DNA of 39,998 bases from Ignavibacteriaceae bacterium. Lineage in GTDB: Bacteria > Bacteroidota > Ignavibacteria > Ignavibacteriales > Ignavibacteriaceae. Of the stretch, positions 38,804-39,998 are shown piece after piece. Every line of letters starts with the position of its first letter. Position 1 is the stretch's first letter. The position numbers and the translations under genes were made by a program. Where the stretch lies: the NCBI GenBank assembly GCA_034005315.1, contig JAVEUY010000001.1, positions 1-39,998 on the forward strand, in the 5' to 3' direction. The notes under the pieces are model-generated. The model had not been told where the DNA came from. It saw only the letters and a list, made by a program, of their open reading frames with translations, and did no database searches.

Positions 38804-39886
38804 CTATCTTTTTACAAACGGAAGTTTAACAACTTTAGCCGGAATTTCTTTACCGCGAATTAAAAAGTTTATATCAGTTTCAATTTCTGAAAATTTTGTT
38901 TCAACATAACCCAGCGCAATTGGTTTATCAAGTACAGGGCTTACTGTTCCGCTGGTTACAGTGCCGATTTTATTATTATTTACAGAAATATCATAGCCAT
39001 GTCTTGGAAAAGTTTTTTCATCTGAAGTTATTGCAACAAGTTTTCTTTTTAATCCGTTCTCTTTAACCTTAACCAAAGCATCTTTTCCGATAAAGTTCTG
39101 TTTAGAAAGTTTTGTTATCCAGCCCAAACCAGCTTCTAACGGATTTGTAGTTTGATCAATATCATTACCGTACAAACAGAAACCCATTTCTAATCTTAAT
39201 GTATCCCTTGCAGCCAATCCAACCGGCTGAATATCAAATTCTTTTCCTGCTTCAAAAATTTTATTCCAAATATCCTCAGCAACTTTTTCATCTCCTTTAA
39301 AATAAAGCTCATAACCAACCTCACCGGTATAACCAGTTCGGGATAATATCATATCAACACCGGCAAGATTTATATTTGTGAAATGATAATACTCCATATT
39401 AATTGGTGTATCGGTTAATTTTTGTAAAGTCTTTAGAGAATCAGGACCCTGTACAGCAAGTAAAGAATAATCATCGCTTTCATTTCTCAGCTCAACACCA
39501 AACTGATTTTGCTTTTGCATCCAGTAAAAATCCTTTTCTATGTTTGATGCATTTATAACAAGCAAAAACTCATCATCAGCAATTTTATAAACAAGCAGGT
39601 CATCAACTATTCCGCCGTCTTCATAACACATTGCTGAATATTGTATTCTGCCTGTTTGTAATTTTGAAGCATCATTTATTGTTATGTGTTGAACAAAATC
39701 TAATGCTCTTTCCCCTTTTACAAAAACTTCACCCATATGTGATACATCAAAAACACCAACTGAATTTCTTACAGATTTGTGTTCTGCAATAATTGATGAG
39801 TACTGGATAGGCATTTCAAATCCTGCAAACTCAACTATTTTAGCTCCAAGTTTTTTATGAATATTATAAAAATGTGTTCGTTTCAT
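38804..39886 (-). CDS. gcvT: Glycine cleavage system aminomethyltransferase (T protein)
   Basis: MKRTHFYNIHKKLGAKIVEFAGFEMPIQYSSIIAEHKSVRNSVGVFDVSHMGE is a canonical GcvT N-terminus. The start was trimmed from the track ORF (39937) to ATG 39886. Confidence 0.92.
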   Translation of the reverse strand: MKRTHFYNIHKKLGAKIVEFAGFEMPIQYSSIIAEHKSVRNSVGVFDVSHMGEVFVKGERALDFVQHITINDASKLQTGRIQYSAMCYEDGGIVDDLLVYKIADDEFLLVINASNIEKDFYWMQKQNQFGVELRNESDDYSLLAVQGPDSLKTLQKLTDTPINMEYYHFTNINLAGVDMILSRTGYTGEVGYELYFKGDEKVAEDIWNKIFEAGKEFDIQPVGLAARDTLRLEMGFCLYGNDIDQTTNPLEAGLGWITKLSKQNFIGKDALVKVKENGLKRKLVAITSDEKTFPRHGYDISVNNNKIGTVTSGTVSPVLDKPIALGYVETKFSEIETDINFLIRGKEIPAKVVKLPFVKR

Positions 39887-39912
39887 TTTATCATTCCAAA
39901 AAGTTAATAAAA

Positions 39913-39998
39913 TTATTTGTTTTGAGAGTTCTTCCAATCACTTAAAAACTTTTCAAGTCCAATATCTGTTAAAGGATGATTGAATAATCTATTTATAA
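39913..39998 (-). CDS. 3' end of an unidentified CDS (runs off right edge)
   Basis: Hand translation of the minus strand gives ...INRLFNHPLTDIGLEKFLSDWKNSQNK then stop (TAA at 39915-39913). Too short to assign. Confidence 0.4.
   Translation of the reverse strand, partial: INRLFNHPLTDIGLEKFLSDWKNSQNK

Noticed and set aside
39887-39937. A 17-codon extension of gcvT, and a possible glycine riboswitch upstream of gcvT.
   Set aside because: MKRTHFYN... at 39886 is the canonical GcvT N-terminus. Only 26 nt separate it from the upstream gene's stop (39913), too short for a glycine riboswitch.

Overview
This is an AT-rich bacterial chromosomal window with 33 coding regions. 32 are on the minus strand, mostly separated by 0-20 nt or overlapping. 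The only plus-strand gene is an IS transposase. Three C-terminal type-A T9SS sorting domains (NYPNPFNP...) place the organism in the Fibrobacteres-Chlorobi-Bacteroidetes group. Strong AAGGAGG ribosome-binding sites suggest a non-Bacteroidia lineage such as Ignavibacteria; this is inference.

Most of the window is core housekeeping or cell envelope:
- Envelope and transport: O-antigen-ligase-like protein (partial), MsbA-like ABC exporter, an RND efflux pair, UppP, an OM beta-barrel, a flippase-like membrane protein, LolA, and two Na+/solute symporters preceded by a small STAS gene.
- DNA, RNA and translation: XerD, LigA, RsmB, L31 type B, HolA, FtsK.
- Other: PgpH-like 7TM-HD protein, Cof-type HAD, RodZ-like protein, a GlmU-like left-handed beta-helix protein, an ECF sigma/anti-sigma pair, cyclophilin, ComB, GcvT.

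The only accessory-looking stretch is about 21.8-29.0 kb. It holds a three-gene operon of T9SS-secreted proteins: two tandem BNR/Asp-box beta-propeller paralogs with mosaic near-identical blocks, then a 708-aa protein of an uncharacterised family. Two tandem intrinsic terminators close the operon. About 108 bp upstream of it sits a complete IS1380-like element with 17-bp inverted repeats and a TATTAT direct repeat.

I found no CRISPR array, tRNA/rRNA, prophage, toxin-antitoxin pair, recognisable defence system or biosynthetic cluster. The best candidates for something undescribed are the T9SS cargo operon and the STAS-symporter translational coupling. Neither can be shown to be novel from sequence alone. 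Coordinates include stop codons. Several track ORF starts were trimmed to more plausible internal starts.
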